Positions 27,347 to 37,882 of a stretch of 64,000 bases of DNA are shown here, piece after piece; the stretch's first letter is position 1, and each line of letters opens with the position of its first letter. Made by a program: the position numbers and the translations under genes. This stretch comes from a virus, in the IMG/VR virus record IMGVR_UViG_3300027718_000185, one strand, 5' to 3'. The notes under the pieces are model-generated. The model did no database searches. It saw only the letters and a list, made by a program, of their open reading frames with translations, and was not told the origin of the DNA.

Positions 27347-28646
27347 TCCTCCTGAAGGTTCAGTTCAGTTAACACCAAAGCAGGCAAATATCTATTTATG
27401 GGGTTGGCAGAAAGAAGCCCGATTTCGTGATGCTGTTTGTGGTCGACGTTTCGGTAAGACTTTCCTAGCAAAAGCGGAAATGCGTAGAGCCGCAAGATTA
27501 GCAGCAAAATGGAATGTTTCTGTCGAGGATGAGATTTGGTATGCAGCACCTACATTTAAGCAAGCAAAGCGGGTTTTCTGGAAAAGATTAAAACAAGCAA
27601 TCCCAGCATCATGGAGAGCTGGTAAACCGAATGAGACTGAATGTTCAATTACTTTAAGAAGTGGTCATGTCATCCGTGTTGTAGGTTTGGACAATTATGA
27701 TGACTTGCGTGGATCTGGCTTATTTTTCTTAATTATTGATGAATGGGCTGATTGTAAATGGGCGGCATGGGAAGAAGTGCTTCGCCCAATGCTTTCAACT
27801 TGTAAATATGTGGTGAATGGTGAGCAACGGGTTGGTGGACATGTTTTAAGGATTGGAACACCCAAAGGTTTCAACCACTGTTATGACACTTTCATGGATG
27901 GCCAGCTGGGACACGAGCCGGATTGTAAAAGCTTTTCTTATACATCTCTACAAGGGGGAAATATTCCTGAGTCTGAAATCATTGTTGCTAAACGCAAGAT
28001 GGATCCCAAGACATTTAGTCAGGAATATGAGGCAAGCTTTGAAAGTTACCAAGGCGTTATCTTCTATTGCTTTAATCGGTTACTCAGTGCTTCTACAGAG
28101 ACAGTTCAAGCAAAAGATGTGCTTCATATCGGGATGGACTTCAACGTAACCAAGATGGCTGCTGTTGTATATGTTCGCCGTGGTGAGCAAATGCATGCTG
28201 TTGATGAGTTCGTAAATCTTTTTGATACACCAGCAATGATTGAAGCTATTCAAGAACGATATCCTGAATATGAAATAGCTGTATATCCCGATGCTTCAGG
28301 TGAGAATCGTAAGTCGAGCAATGCAAGTGAAACGGATCTGGCTTTACTCAGAAAAGCAGGATTTAAAGTTCATGTGAATAACAGAAACCCTGCTGTTAAA
28401 GATCGTATCAACTCAATGAATGGTATGCTCTGCAATACTTTCTCTGAGCGCAGGTTATTTGTGAACGTGACTAAATGTCCGCACTTTGCGAAATGCTTAG
28501 AACGACAAATTTATGATGATTATGGCCAGCCTGATAAAAAGTCAGGATTTGACCACATGAATGATGCAGGAACCTATCCAATCGCGTATTTATTCCCGAT
28601 AGACAAAAAATCTGTTGAAGTCCGCCGGATTCGCGGGATGTCTTAA
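27330..28646 (+). CDS. terL: Terminase large subunit
   Basis: CGRRFGKT, LIIDEWAD, IGMDFNV, DHMNDA. Confidence 0.92.
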   Translation: MSQFFNPPEGSVQLTPKQANIYLWGWQKEARFRDAVCGRRFGKTFLAKAEMRRAARLAAKWNVSVEDEIWYAAPTFKQAKRVFWKRLKQAIPASWRAGKPNETECSITLRSGHVIRVVGLDNYDDLRGSGLFFLIIDEWADCKWAAWEEVLRPMLSTCKYVVNGEQRVGGHVLRIGTPKGFNHCYDTFMDGQLGHEPDCKSFSYTSLQGGNIPESEIIVAKRKMDPKTFSQEYEASFESYQGVIFYCFNRLLSASTETVQAKDVLHIGMDFNVTKMAAVVYVRRGEQMHAVDEFVNLFDTPAMIEAIQERYPEYEIAVYPDASGENRKSSNASETDLALLRKAGFKVHVNNRNPAVKDRINSMNGMLCNTFSERRLFVNVTKCPHFAKCLERQIYDDYGQPDKKSGFDHMNDAGTYPIAYLFPIDKKSVEVRRIRGMS

Positions 28647-28685
28647 ACAACGCACCTTTACAGGTGCTTTTTTATTGGTGTTTTT

Positions 28686-30026
28686 ATGGCAGTTACTGAT
28701 AAACATCCGCAGTATATTGCTGCACAAAAAAGCTGGCAGATTATGCGTGACGCCGTTGCTGGCGAAGAGCAGATTAAACAGGCACAAACCAAATACCTTC
28801 CTAAATCCGCAGGGATGATTGAGGCTGAAAAGCAGGGAGATACCACTGGAGAGATTTATAAAGCTTATCTCAGTCGTGCTCAGTATCCACTGTGGGTTCA
28901 AGATTCATTACGCACAATGATTGGTTTAGTTTCAAAGCTTGAGCCAAATATCGTGATTGAAAGTTCGCTGTTAAAGGATTTGATAGAGAATGCTACGAAT
29001 GATGGTTTTGGGCTTAAACAACTTTTTATCCGTATTTGCCTAGAGTTACTTGAATATGGCCGCTGTGGCTTGCTTGTTGATGTAGATGCTAATGGTGTGC
29101 CTTACTTCGCGCTTTATGATGCTTTATCCATAATTAACTGGAAAGAAAACAGCATTGGTGGCCGTAAGGATCTAAAACTATTAGTGCTCGAGGAGCAATT
29201 TGATAATAGCGAAGATGAGTTTGGCCATAATACAAAGACGGTCCATCGTGTTTTAGCTATGCAGCAAGGTGCTTTAACTGTCCGTTTGTTTGATGGTTCA
29301 ACTGAAGTAGATAAAACTCCAGATCTTGGGGGTAATCAGCTTTCTTTTACACCATTCGTTTTCTGCGGTACCACTGATAATTCTCCCCAAGTTGGCACGG
29401 TACCATTGCTCACCATGGCAAAAGCAGCACTCAAGTATTACCAGCTCAGCGCGGACTATTTTCAATCACTTCATCACACAGCTCATCCTCAGCCTTGGAT
29501 TAACGGCTTAGAAGGTGATGAAGACATTAGCGTCACTGGTGTGATGGCTGTCTGGAGTTTACCTAACAAATCTCAGTGTGGTTATTTGGAAATATCAGGT
29601 AGTGGCATTGAGCTAACTAAACAGGAAATGGATGCTCAAAAGAACGCAGCATTAGAAGCCGGTGCAAAAGTCATTGATACCAATACACAAGAGTCAGGTG
29701 AAGCACGCCGTGCACGTCAAGATGATCAGCATGCAAGCTTACACAGCATTGTGATGTGTGCAGCTGCTGCTATTGAGCAGTCCATTAAATATGCAGCACA
29801 GTGGTTAAAGCTAGATTCATCTAAGTATGCATTCACGGTAGAGCCTGAGTTTATTGTTCAACAATACGATATCAATCTTGCTAAACAACTTTATGAAGGT
29901 GCTATTGCTGGAAAGAATTCGTTCCAGACGTATTGGGAATATATCGCTACTGGGAAGTTACCAGCTCATGATTTCAAGGAAGAGTTGAAACGGGTTGAAG
30001 GTGAGCGAGATAGCATGCCGCTTTAG
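28686..30026 (+). CDS. Portal protein (DUF4055-like)
   Basis: Follows TerL; YLPK...YLSRAQY, ESGEARRAR. Confidence 0.82.
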   Translation: MAVTDKHPQYIAAQKSWQIMRDAVAGEEQIKQAQTKYLPKSAGMIEAEKQGDTTGEIYKAYLSRAQYPLWVQDSLRTMIGLVSKLEPNIVIESSLLKDLIENATNDGFGLKQLFIRICLELLEYGRCGLLVDVDANGVPYFALYDALSIINWKENSIGGRKDLKLLVLEEQFDNSEDEFGHNTKTVHRVLAMQQGALTVRLFDGSTEVDKTPDLGGNQLSFTPFVFCGTTDNSPQVGTVPLLTMAKAALKYYQLSADYFQSLHHTAHPQPWINGLEGDEDISVTGVMAVWSLPNKSQCGYLEISGSGIELTKQEMDAQKNAALEAGAKVIDTNTQESGEARRARQDDQHASLHSIVMCAAAAIEQSIKYAAQWLKLDSSKYAFTVEPEFIVQQYDINLAKQLYEGAIAGKNSFQTYWEYIATGKLPAHDFKEELKRVEGERDSMPL

Positions 30027-30035
30027 AGGTGTTAA

Positions 30036-31130
30036 ATGGCTTCAGATACTGAAAAATCCTTGATTGAAGTTCTCACTCAACATCAGGCGTATTTATACCG
30101 AGCTTCTTCGCAATCAGTTAATGAATTATTAATAATCTTTAATGCTGAGTCGGCTTTGATGCTGGCAAAGCTTAGAGATTTGTTGGATGAGTTAAATGAT
30201 TCTGAAAAGGTAGCACTTGCTGGCGGCCAATACACCACAACCAATCTCAAAGAGATTCGGGATTTAATCTCTCAGTGGTTTACAGCAATAAATACTTCAT
30301 TACCTGAAGCATTCACAATTTCAGCTACTGCTTTAGCTGTTTATGAAGCTAATTACACGGCGAAGCTTTATGGCAGCAAGATTAAGAAACCTAACGGTGA
30401 AAAGCTTTTTACTGCCGCTAAGAAGATCCCATTAGTTGGTGGTGCACTGGTTGATGAACTTCTTTCTAAAATAGCTGAAAGTGCCCGCCACAAGGTTGAA
30501 TATGCAATTCGGGATGGGATTGGCTCAGGTAAAACGAATCAAGAAATTGTTCAACGTATTCGCGGTACCAAACGCCTGAATTTTGAGGATGGCATCTTAA
30601 CTAGCAGCAAGTCTGATATCGATCGGACTGTAAGGACGGTTCGTAGTCACGTTGCCAATCAAGCTTATCTTAATAGTTTTAATCAAATTGGCTTTGAATA
30701 CGTAAAATTGGTTGCAACGTTGGATGGTAGGACATCAAAACTTTGCGCTTCCTTGGATGGCAATGTATGGGAGATTAACGATCCAGCAAAACGTGTGCCG
30801 CCGTTGCATCCTAATTGTCGCAGTATTCTAGTTCCCGTAGAAAAAGATGGGCGATTAGTTGGTGAACGTCCATTTGTAATGGATGAGCGAAGAGTAAAGG
30901 ATATCCCCAAAGATGAGCGTAGCCAACTCATCGGCCAACTCGATGCCAACACAACATTCAAAGAGTTCTTTAAAAAAACAGATGAGTTTTTTCAAAAAGA
31001 ATGGCTTGGGCTAAAGCGGTACAAACTTTATAAAGAAGGAAAGTTTGATTTTGATAAGTTCTTTGATCCGGAGGGGCGTTTTTATACTTTGGATGAGTTA
31101 AAAAAGTTGGATGAGAAGGCTTTTAGCTGA
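30036..31130 (+). CDS. Minor head protein (MuF / SPP1 gp7 family), no toxin extension
   Basis: VATLDGRTSKLCASLDG...PPLHPNCRS. Confidence 0.85.
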   Translation: MASDTEKSLIEVLTQHQAYLYRASSQSVNELLIIFNAESALMLAKLRDLLDELNDSEKVALAGGQYTTTNLKEIRDLISQWFTAINTSLPEAFTISATALAVYEANYTAKLYGSKIKKPNGEKLFTAAKKIPLVGGALVDELLSKIAESARHKVEYAIRDGIGSGKTNQEIVQRIRGTKRLNFEDGILTSSKSDIDRTVRTVRSHVANQAYLNSFNQIGFEYVKLVATLDGRTSKLCASLDGNVWEINDPAKRVPPLHPNCRSILVPVEKDGRLVGERPFVMDERRVKDIPKDERSQLIGQLDANTTFKEFFKKTDEFFQKEWLGLKRYKLYKEGKFDFDKFFDPEGRFYTLDELKKLDEKAFS

Positions 31131-31182
31131 CATTTTTAAAGAGATATAATGCTAGGGCATTTGTTACTTTAGGAAAATTATA

Positions 31183-31578
31183 ATGAAATTATTAAGCTTT
31201 ATACTTAGTCTTGCTTTTGCTAGCAGTTGTTATGCTTTAAGTAGTGAGGAGTTCGAAAAAAAATACCAACAATTAACTAATGATCTTATTAAAGCTATCA
31301 TGAATAATGCTGCTGATTCTAGAGATTATAATGATGATAAAATACCAGAGTCTGAAAAGATTAAATCTAAAAGTAGTTGGTGTAAATTAACTAAGTCGAG
31401 AACAAACCAACTAGATCTGGTGGTTAATAATTTTTCGGAATATAAAGCCTTAATGAAGAAAAATAATGTTGAGGACGACTCAAAATTAGAAGATATAAAG
31501 AAATTTCATGATAAGCAGCAAGAATCATATTTACGGATGAAGGATCTATTGAAAGACACAGACTATCCGTGTAATTAA
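31183..31578 (+). CDS. Secreted/periplasmic moron protein, paralog A
   Basis: Signal peptide; FEKKY...EK...C...KS...EY...MKK...C. Confidence 0.65.
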   Translation: MKLLSFILSLAFASSCYALSSEEFEKKYQQLTNDLIKAIMNNAADSRDYNDDKIPESEKIKSKSSWCKLTKSRTNQLDLVVNNFSEYKALMKKNNVEDDSKLEDIKKFHDKQQESYLRMKDLLKDTDYPCN

Positions 31579-31609
31579 GAGTTTTCTAAAATTATAAGCT
31601 GGAATAAGA

Positions 31610-31984
31610 ATGAAACGAATTTTATTAACATGTAGTCTAATTTTTTCAAGCCATATTTTTGCAGGTCAAAATGATAGCTTTGAAAAGGAATATTTAAAGA
31701 TTATGGAAGAGAGCAATATTGCTCAGTATAAAGAGTATAAATTTAACGAATCACATAAAGATAAAGAATTGAATGAGGCGGAAAAATTAGAAGCTAAACA
31801 GCTTAAATGCGCATCCCTAAAGAGTGAACAACGATTCTATGAGTTAATTCTTAAAGGATCACATGAGTATGTTAGCTATATGGAAAAACAGGGTTTAAAA
31901 ATTCATTTCGATCCAGTGAAATCTAATATTGAGTTAAACGTGGTTAAACAAAAAATTAGTTTTAATGGATGTGGTGAAGAATAA
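31610..31984 (+). CDS. Secreted/periplasmic moron protein, paralog B
   Basis: Signal peptide; FEKEY...EK...C...KS...EY...MEK...C. Confidence 0.65.
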   Translation: MKRILLTCSLIFSSHIFAGQNDSFEKEYLKIMEESNIAQYKEYKFNESHKDKELNEAEKLEAKQLKCASLKSEQRFYELILKGSHEYVSYMEKQGLKIHFDPVKSNIELNVVKQKISFNGCGEE

Positions 31985-32148
31985 GCCAAAACTACATGTT
32001 TAATCAGAAAGAGAGCAGCCTAAGGCTGCTTCTTCATTTCCAAAATATAAAATACAAATTAAATTTTGTTCCAAAGAATTGAGATGTACTTAATAGCACA
32101 CCACCAAGAGGTGGTTTTTTTATATCTAAATCAAAGGTAGATGGGAAA

Positions 32149-32253
32149 ATGAGCGAGAAAGGTGCTGACCGTGCAGGACTAATGCAGTCAATTACCAATT
32201 TGGGCTTAGCCTTAGGAATCATTGTTATCGCGATTATTTTGGCACTGAAATAA
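32149..32253 (+). CDS. 34-aa single-TM protein (MSEKGADRAGLMQSITNLGLALGIIVIAIILALK)
   Basis: Hand-translated; flanked by terminators at ~32100-32122 and ~32271-32293. Confidence 0.5.
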   Translation: MSEKGADRAGLMQSITNLGLALGIIVIAIILALK

Positions 32254-32331
32254 TCGCACTCTTACAACGTACCGCCTTCGGGCGGTTTTTTATTGCCTTG
32301 AGATAAGGCTTAACTTAATCAAACGAGAGGT

Positions 32332-33129
32332 TTGAACATGTCACTGCCATTTATTGTTGATTCACTGGACGATGTTAAAGAAGAACATCGTGGTCTATAT
32401 GTCGAGGAAGACGGGAAGTTTCGCCTTGATCTGGATGGCTACGAAGATCCGAAGGGCCTTAAAACTGCACTTCAAAGTGAGCGTGATGCCGCCAAGACAG
32501 CAAAGCAGGAACTCCAGAAGCTTCAGAAACAGTATGAAGGTATTGATCCTGAAACAGTCAAAAAACTGTTTGCCCAACTGGAGCAGGATGAAGATGCAAA
32601 ATTAATTGCTGAAGGTAAGGTGAGTGAGGTCATCCAGAAGCGTACCGAGAAGATGCGTGAACAATATGACAAGTTACTCAATGCCGAAAAAGAACGGGCT
32701 GATAAAGCAGAAGCTTATGCTAACAAGTTCAAACAATCGGTTGTCCAGAGTCAGATTGTACAGGCTGCTCTTGAACTGGAGGCATTGCCGGAAGCAACTG
32801 CTGATATTGCCTTCCTTGCCCAATCCAAATTTGTACTCGATGAAAACGGTAAGGCCGTAGCAATCGATACACAAGGTGAAGTAATCATTGGTAAAGACGG
32901 TAAGACGCCGTTATCACCAAAAGAATGGGTGGAAACCTTACGTGAGCAAAAGCCTTATTTCTGGCCTAAAGCAAATGGAACAGGTTCACCTGGTAGCACC
33001 AATACAAAAGGACAGGTCGATATCACAAAACCAGATGGTTCGGTGAACCTGACCAAACTTGCCCAATTACGAAATGAAAATCCGCAGCTAGCTAAAGAGC
33101 TGGCTGCAAAACACGGTATTAATCTTTAA
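32332..33129 (+). CDS. Capsid scaffolding protein
   Basis: Coiled-coil, GLKTALQSER; directly before MCP. Confidence 0.75.
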   Translation: MNMSLPFIVDSLDDVKEEHRGLYVEEDGKFRLDLDGYEDPKGLKTALQSERDAAKTAKQELQKLQKQYEGIDPETVKKLFAQLEQDEDAKLIAEGKVSEVIQKRTEKMREQYDKLLNAEKERADKAEAYANKFKQSVVQSQIVQAALELEALPEATADIAFLAQSKFVLDENGKAVAIDTQGEVIIGKDGKTPLSPKEWVETLREQKPYFWPKANGTGSPGSTNTKGQVDITKPDGSVNLTKLAQLRNENPQLAKELAAKHGINL

Positions 33130-33142
33130 GGAGTAAAGCCTA

Positions 33143-34093
33143 ATGGCTGAGACGAAAATTGCTGATGTAATCGTACCCGAGTTATTCACTCAGTACGTTT
33201 TAAATAAAACTGCCAAGAAATCTGCTTTATGGCAGTCGGGCATTGTAGGGGAGCTAGATGTTGAAGTTGCATTTGGTACACAAGGTGGTTCCACCGTAAA
33301 TATTCCGTTCTGGAACGATTTGGACGGTGAATCTGAAGTACTTTCAGATGCAACACCTCTAACCGTAAATAACATTGCTGCGGGTCAGGATATTGCCATT
33401 TTACATGCACGTGGTAAGGCATGGGGTGCCAATGATCTAGCGAAAGCTTTATCGGGTGACGATCCACTTGGTGCAGTTGGTGATCTGGTTGCAGATTACT
33501 GGGCACGTGAGTTTCAAGGCTTTACCGTGAATACGCTTAAAGGTGTGTTCGGTTCCGCAAGTATGGCAAGCAATACACATGACATCTCTGCTGGTACTGG
33601 AGCCGCGGCAGTTATTGATGGTGTTTCATTTATCGATGCCTCATACAAGCTTGGGGATGCCGTCGATAAATTAACGGCTATTGCCATGCATTCGGCGACC
33701 ATGGCTGCACTAGCCAAACAGGGCTTGATTGAAACCGTACGTGATGCAGATGGCGTGGTGCTCTATAAAACTTTCATGGATCGCCGTGTGATTGTCGATG
33801 ACGGTATGCCAGTTGATGGTGATGTATTCACATCATTCCTGTTCGGGCAAGGCGCTATCGGCTTTCAGGATATCGGTGCACCCGTAGGGGTTGAGACTGA
33901 CCGAGATAGTCTCGCAGGCTCCGACATCCTCATTAACCGCCGTCACTTTGTCTTGCATCCTCGTGGTATCAAGTGGGCTGGTGCAATGGGTGTCGCACCG
34001 AATAATGCAGGTCTTTCAACTGATACCAATTGGGAACGCGTCTACGATCCAAAACAGATTCGTATTGTGGCGTTCAAGCACAAAGTTAAGTAA
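33143..34093 (+). CDS. Major capsid protein
   Basis: TKIADVIVPELF...VNIPFWNDL...HPRGIKW. Confidence 0.88.
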   Translation: MAETKIADVIVPELFTQYVLNKTAKKSALWQSGIVGELDVEVAFGTQGGSTVNIPFWNDLDGESEVLSDATPLTVNNIAAGQDIAILHARGKAWGANDLAKALSGDDPLGAVGDLVADYWAREFQGFTVNTLKGVFGSASMASNTHDISAGTGAAAVIDGVSFIDASYKLGDAVDKLTAIAMHSATMAALAKQGLIETVRDADGVVLYKTFMDRRVIVDDGMPVDGDVFTSFLFGQGAIGFQDIGAPVGVETDRDSLAGSDILINRRHFVLHPRGIKWAGAMGVAPNNAGLSTDTNWERVYDPKQIRIVAFKHKVK

Positions 34094-34135
34094 AGACGGG
34101 CGGAATTATCCGCCTTTTCTTTTGGAGATAAATCA

Positions 34136-34462
34136 ATGGGCCTATCCGCATTTAACCGCATGAGGGAACGTCAAATGACACAAGCAAAAGTAACTGAACT
34201 CGAAGAACAATTGGTAACGTTGAAAGGCGAGTTTATTGCCTTTCAGAATGATCCTGATGCAATGAAAACACGTATTGCTGAGCTTGAATCTGGTGAAGGT
34301 GGTCAGAATCCAGAAGGTGATCAAAAGCCAAGAGAACTTCAACCAATTAACTATGCAGGCCTTAAAGTTGATGAGCTTCGTGCTGTATTAACTGAAAAGG
34401 GTATTTCATTTGAATCAGGCGCTAAAAAAGAAGAACTTTTAGCATTAATTCCTAAGGAATAA
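34136..34462 (+). CDS. Head accessory protein with C-terminal HeH/LEM-like domain
   Basis: LKVDELRAVLTEKGISFESGAKKEELLALI. Confidence 0.6.
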   Translation: MGLSAFNRMRERQMTQAKVTELEEQLVTLKGEFIAFQNDPDAMKTRIAELESGEGGQNPEGDQKPRELQPINYAGLKVDELRAVLTEKGISFESGAKKEELLALIPKE

Positions 34463-34465
34463 ACC

Positions 34466-34846
34466 ATGAGCTTTATCACTGAACAAGAAGCGATTGAACA
34501 TGTTGAAAGCTTTGATACTTTATCTGCCAGTGATAAGGCTCAATACCTTCAGATGTCAGAAGCTTATCTATTAGCGCGTAATATTAAATCTTATGAAGAT
34601 GTCAGTCTGGTTCCTGAGCCCCTGAAAACAGCCTCATATCAAATCATCAAGGGCATTATTAAAGGTGATTTATATCAAGGACAGGAACAGGCTTTAAAAC
34701 GTAAGAAAGTTAAGGCAGATACGGTTGAGACTGAAAAGGAATATCAGGATGGATCAGTAAAACTGAGTGCGATCGAGCAATTCATTCTTGATTTGATCAA
34801 GCCTTATAGCAAAAGAAAATCCGTATTTTTTGTCAGGAAAATCTAA
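34466..34846 (+). CDS. Head-tail adaptor
   Basis: Synteny; KKVKADTVETEKEY. Confidence 0.6.
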   Translation: MSFITEQEAIEHVESFDTLSASDKAQYLQMSEAYLLARNIKSYEDVSLVPEPLKTASYQIIKGIIKGDLYQGQEQALKRKKVKADTVETEKEYQDGSVKLSAIEQFILDLIKPYSKRKSVFFVRKI

Positions 34847-35214
34847 TGGGCCTACGTGAAGAATTACAAGCTGATATTGCTGAAGCGTTTAATGAAGATT
34901 TAGCTGACGCTGTTCATATATTTACGTGTGAACGGGCATTTAAAAAGAATTGGGATCCTAAGACTGAAACTTATCTTGAAGTTAAAGAAAATTATTCTGG
35001 CCGTGGCGTACTATTCGGCTCATACAGTCAATATGAAATACAAACGCTTGGAGTACTGGCTACAGATAAGAAAGCAACTGTGCTTCAAAATGAAGTGACC
35101 ATGGCCCCAAAGATTGATGATGAATGGGTAACAGCCTTAGGCTCATTTAGAGTTATTCATATTCAAAAGGATCCAGCAGAAACTATTTGGAAATGCCAGT
35201 TGAGGAAAATATAG
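34846..35214 (+). CDS. Head closure protein
   Basis: Synteny; C-terminal IQKDPAETIWKCQLRK. Confidence 0.6.
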   Translation: MGLREELQADIAEAFNEDLADAVHIFTCERAFKKNWDPKTETYLEVKENYSGRGVLFGSYSQYEIQTLGVLATDKKATVLQNEVTMAPKIDDEWVTALGSFRVIHIQKDPAETIWKCQLRKI

Positions 35215-35255
35215 GAAAGATTCTATATAATTAGGTTCGAAATATAGGAGTTCTT

Positions 35256-35852
35256 ATGAATAAGAAATTTTTACTATGGAGTATAATTTTATTATCAGGT
35301 TGTTCATCTGTTAATAATCCAGTGAAGCAAGAATTAACTCCCACTAATATCTCGGATGCGTATAAAGAAATTTCTGAAATCAAGGATTACAAATCTCGCT
35401 TATTTTTAAATTATGCAAAAGAAATAAAAATAAAATACCCCGAGATGAAAACGTCAACTTATGGTCGTCCAATGTCTATAAGATTTAATCCTGTAAGTTC
35501 AGATTACTATTATGAGCATAAAAATGACAAAAAATGGTTAAATTTTTATCTATCACAGAGTTTTGATGAAAAAATATGGAGAGATCTTTATGTATATTCA
35601 AAACATTCAGGAAATTATCAAGCATCTAAAGATGAAGCTATTAAATATTGTAAAGAAATTACTTCACTTATCTCTCCAAGCTTCAGCATTGTAATAGACA
35701 AATTAAGTCGTGATTTAGAATTAAAAGAGAAGAAAGGATCTGTACGAGCACTCAGTACTTTTAGTGGAAGTTTTAATATCTTGTTAAATGGCGAGGAGTT
35801 TGATGAAGGTGGGCCCTTTATATGTAATATTACTCAGTTTGAAGATAGTTAG
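35256..35852 (+). CDS. Lipoprotein moron
   Basis: Lipobox ILLSGC; AT-rich insert. Confidence 0.7.
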   Translation: MNKKFLLWSIILLSGCSSVNNPVKQELTPTNISDAYKEISEIKDYKSRLFLNYAKEIKIKYPEMKTSTYGRPMSIRFNPVSSDYYYEHKNDKKWLNFYLSQSFDEKIWRDLYVYSKHSGNYQASKDEAIKYCKEITSLISPSFSIVIDKLSRDLELKEKKGSVRALSTFSGSFNILLNGEEFDEGGPFICNITQFEDS

Positions 35853-35928
35853 ACTACTGAAAAAAGATAGCTGAATTGATTAATTTTCTATTAATTAAAA
35901 TATCCATTTATAAATTTAATGAAATTCT

Positions 35929-36396
35929 ATGACAACAACTACCCATAGCACACTTTATATTTCTCGTACAAGCAATTACGAGGGCGATGGAACTGACGAT
36001 AAAGAAGAATTTATTGAGACATGTAATATTCATTTTAAAGATCTGTTTAAAGATCAAAAAGCCATCTCTACGCTTTCTGAAACTGAAAAAAAATACTTTG
36101 ATAAATGTGTTTCAGCTTCAAATGATAAATATGCTGCTGAAGAGGTTATTTATGATCTTGGAGTTGGTTTTGCGATACTAATTGTGTTGCTGGGTATAGG
36201 GTGGGGATTCTATGAGGCGAAAAAATCTTTAAATACCCCAATGATACTTAATCCCAAGGAAAATCCTGAGAATGATGCCAATAGAGATTATATTTCTGAC
36301 GGGATTATCATAGTCTTTATTTCCGTAATTATTGCTGCATTTATTTATCTAATATTTAGTTTTGTTTCCGGTATATGGATATCGATTAAATATTGA
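35929..36396 (+). CDS. Two-TM membrane moron protein
   Basis: Two hydrophobic helices; terminator at ~36475-36497. Confidence 0.6.
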   Translation: MTTTTHSTLYISRTSNYEGDGTDDKEEFIETCNIHFKDLFKDQKAISTLSETEKKYFDKCVSASNDKYAAEEVIYDLGVGFAILIVLLGIGWGFYEAKKSLNTPMILNPKENPENDANRDYISDGIIIVFISVIIAAFIYLIFSFVSGIWISIKY

Positions 36397-36520
36397 AGTT
36401 TCGAGCAAGGCGGATACGGAACCAAAATGTATTAGGAAACTAAATTGTAGTATTAATTTATGGATATAAGCTTAAACCCACTTCGGTGGGTTTTTTAATG
36501 GGTGCAAGTTAGGAGTTTAG

Positions 36521-36928
36521 ATGATAAGTACAGATTACATTCCCTTATGGCGCATCTCACCATTTCAACATGTTCAATACACGCTTGCTAGAAATCAGCT
36601 ACACATGGATCTGTTATTCGAGGACATGAATAACGTTGATAAGTTCTTGTCTACTGAAGGCGCAGCGGCACAAGTTGATTTCTATTCTAATGGTACTTAT
36701 GCAGTTGTTCAGTTGGGCGATACTTCAGAAAGAAATCCCATAGAAGTCTATGGGCTGCTTTTGCATGAAGCGGTTCATGTGTGGCAGAAGGTTAGAAAGC
36801 TAATGGGTGAAAAGGAGCCAAGCTCAGAATTTGAAGCTTACTCGATTCAAGCAATCGCTCAAGATCTTTTCGAAATGTACGAGGAAAGTGAGGTAAAACA
36901 TGGGATGGAAGGGGGAAAAGCCGACTAG
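36521..36928 (+). CDS. Hypothetical protein with HExxH motif
   Basis: LLLHEAVHVWQ...EFEAY. Confidence 0.6.
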   Translation: MISTDYIPLWRISPFQHVQYTLARNQLHMDLLFEDMNNVDKFLSTEGAAAQVDFYSNGTYAVVQLGDTSERNPIEVYGLLLHEAVHVWQKVRKLMGEKEPSSEFEAYSIQAIAQDLFEMYEESEVKHGMEGGKAD

Positions 36929-37268
36929 TTTTAGTCTTGATGTCTCTAAAGCAGCAGAAGATAAGGTAAAGAAAATTACGATGGATACAGTGCAATCATT
37001 AGTTGTTTCAAGTCCCGTTGATACTGGTGCTTATCGTGCTTCTCACATTGTTTCTATTGGATCTGGTGAGTATGGAGTATGTGGGCCTGAAACAAACGCC
37101 GTTCAGGATGCTGCTATTCAAGCTGTGAAGTTTAAGCTCGGCAATTTGGTCTACATACAAAACAACCAGCCATATGCTGAACGCTTAGAAAATGGCTGGT
37201 CTGATCAAGCACCGCAAGGTGTTTACAGCACTACGTTTACTTATGTTTCTCAGAAGTATGGTGGTTAG
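36900..37268 (+). CDS. HK97 gp10-like tail completion protein
   Basis: SPVDTGAYRAS...PYAERLENGWSDQAPQG. Confidence 0.75.
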   Translation: MGWKGEKPTSFSLDVSKAAEDKVKKITMDTVQSLVVSSPVDTGAYRASHIVSIGSGEYGVCGPETNAVQDAAIQAVKFKLGNLVYIQNNQPYAERLENGWSDQAPQGVYSTTFTYVSQKYGG

Positions 37269-37269
37269 A

Positions 37270-37668
37270 ATGGCAATGACATTAGAGCAAACTAGGCAAG
37301 CTATTATCAGCCGCATGCAAAGCTTTACAGGTATTTCACAGGACAGAATTCAGTATCCAAATGCACCAGGCTTTAAGGTCCCAAAGGAAGGCGTATGGTG
37401 CCGTTTAACAATTGCGGGTGGTCCGAGTTTTACATCAGGCATTGCCGATAAACCATGTACCCGCCGTACTGGTAATATCATGATCCAATGTTTTGCTCGA
37501 CACCATACTGGAGAGAAAGGCTTAACTGAGCTCAGTGACTCTTTACTGCAGCATTTCGAATATTACTCAACCGATCATCTAGAATGTTTACAGGGACAAT
37601 CAATTTTTATCGGTCAAGACGCTGACTTCCTTCAGTATAATGTAAGCATTGGGTACAAGGTGAATTGA
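37270..37668 (+). CDS. Tail terminator-like protein
   Basis: Synteny; IQYPNAPGF...WCRLTI. Confidence 0.6.
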   Translation: MAMTLEQTRQAIISRMQSFTGISQDRIQYPNAPGFKVPKEGVWCRLTIAGGPSFTSGIADKPCTRRTGNIMIQCFARHHTGEKGLTELSDSLLQHFEYYSTDHLECLQGQSIFIGQDADFLQYNVSIGYKVN

Positions 37669-37669
37669 T

Positions 37670-37882
37670 ATGTCATGTATGCTGACTTTAGAAGAAATCG
37701 AAATTAAACGGCAAGAACTGGAACGACATCTTGAAGATGTTATGTCTGTAGAGCTGAGCAAATGGCAAAGTGAAAATAGGCTATGTGTTTCTGATGTGAA
37801 TATACGTTTAGCCAACGTTCATAGTCTTGGTGGGACAAAACATAACGTTGTTACTGGAGTAAGTGTTGATTTAGATAATTAG
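37670..37882 (+). CDS. Small hypothetical phage protein
   Basis: ORF track, 70 aa. Confidence 0.55.
   Translation: MSCMLTLEEIEIKRQELERHLEDVMSVELSKWQSENRLCVSDVNIRLANVHSLGGTKHNVVTGVSVDLDN

Noticed and set aside
30036-31130. MuF polymorphic toxin fusion
   Set aside because: Protein ends at 364 aa right after the MuF domain; no toxin extension
32034-32222. 62-aa minus-strand ORF
   Set aside because: Runs through terminator hairpins and opposes a better 34-aa plus-strand ORF
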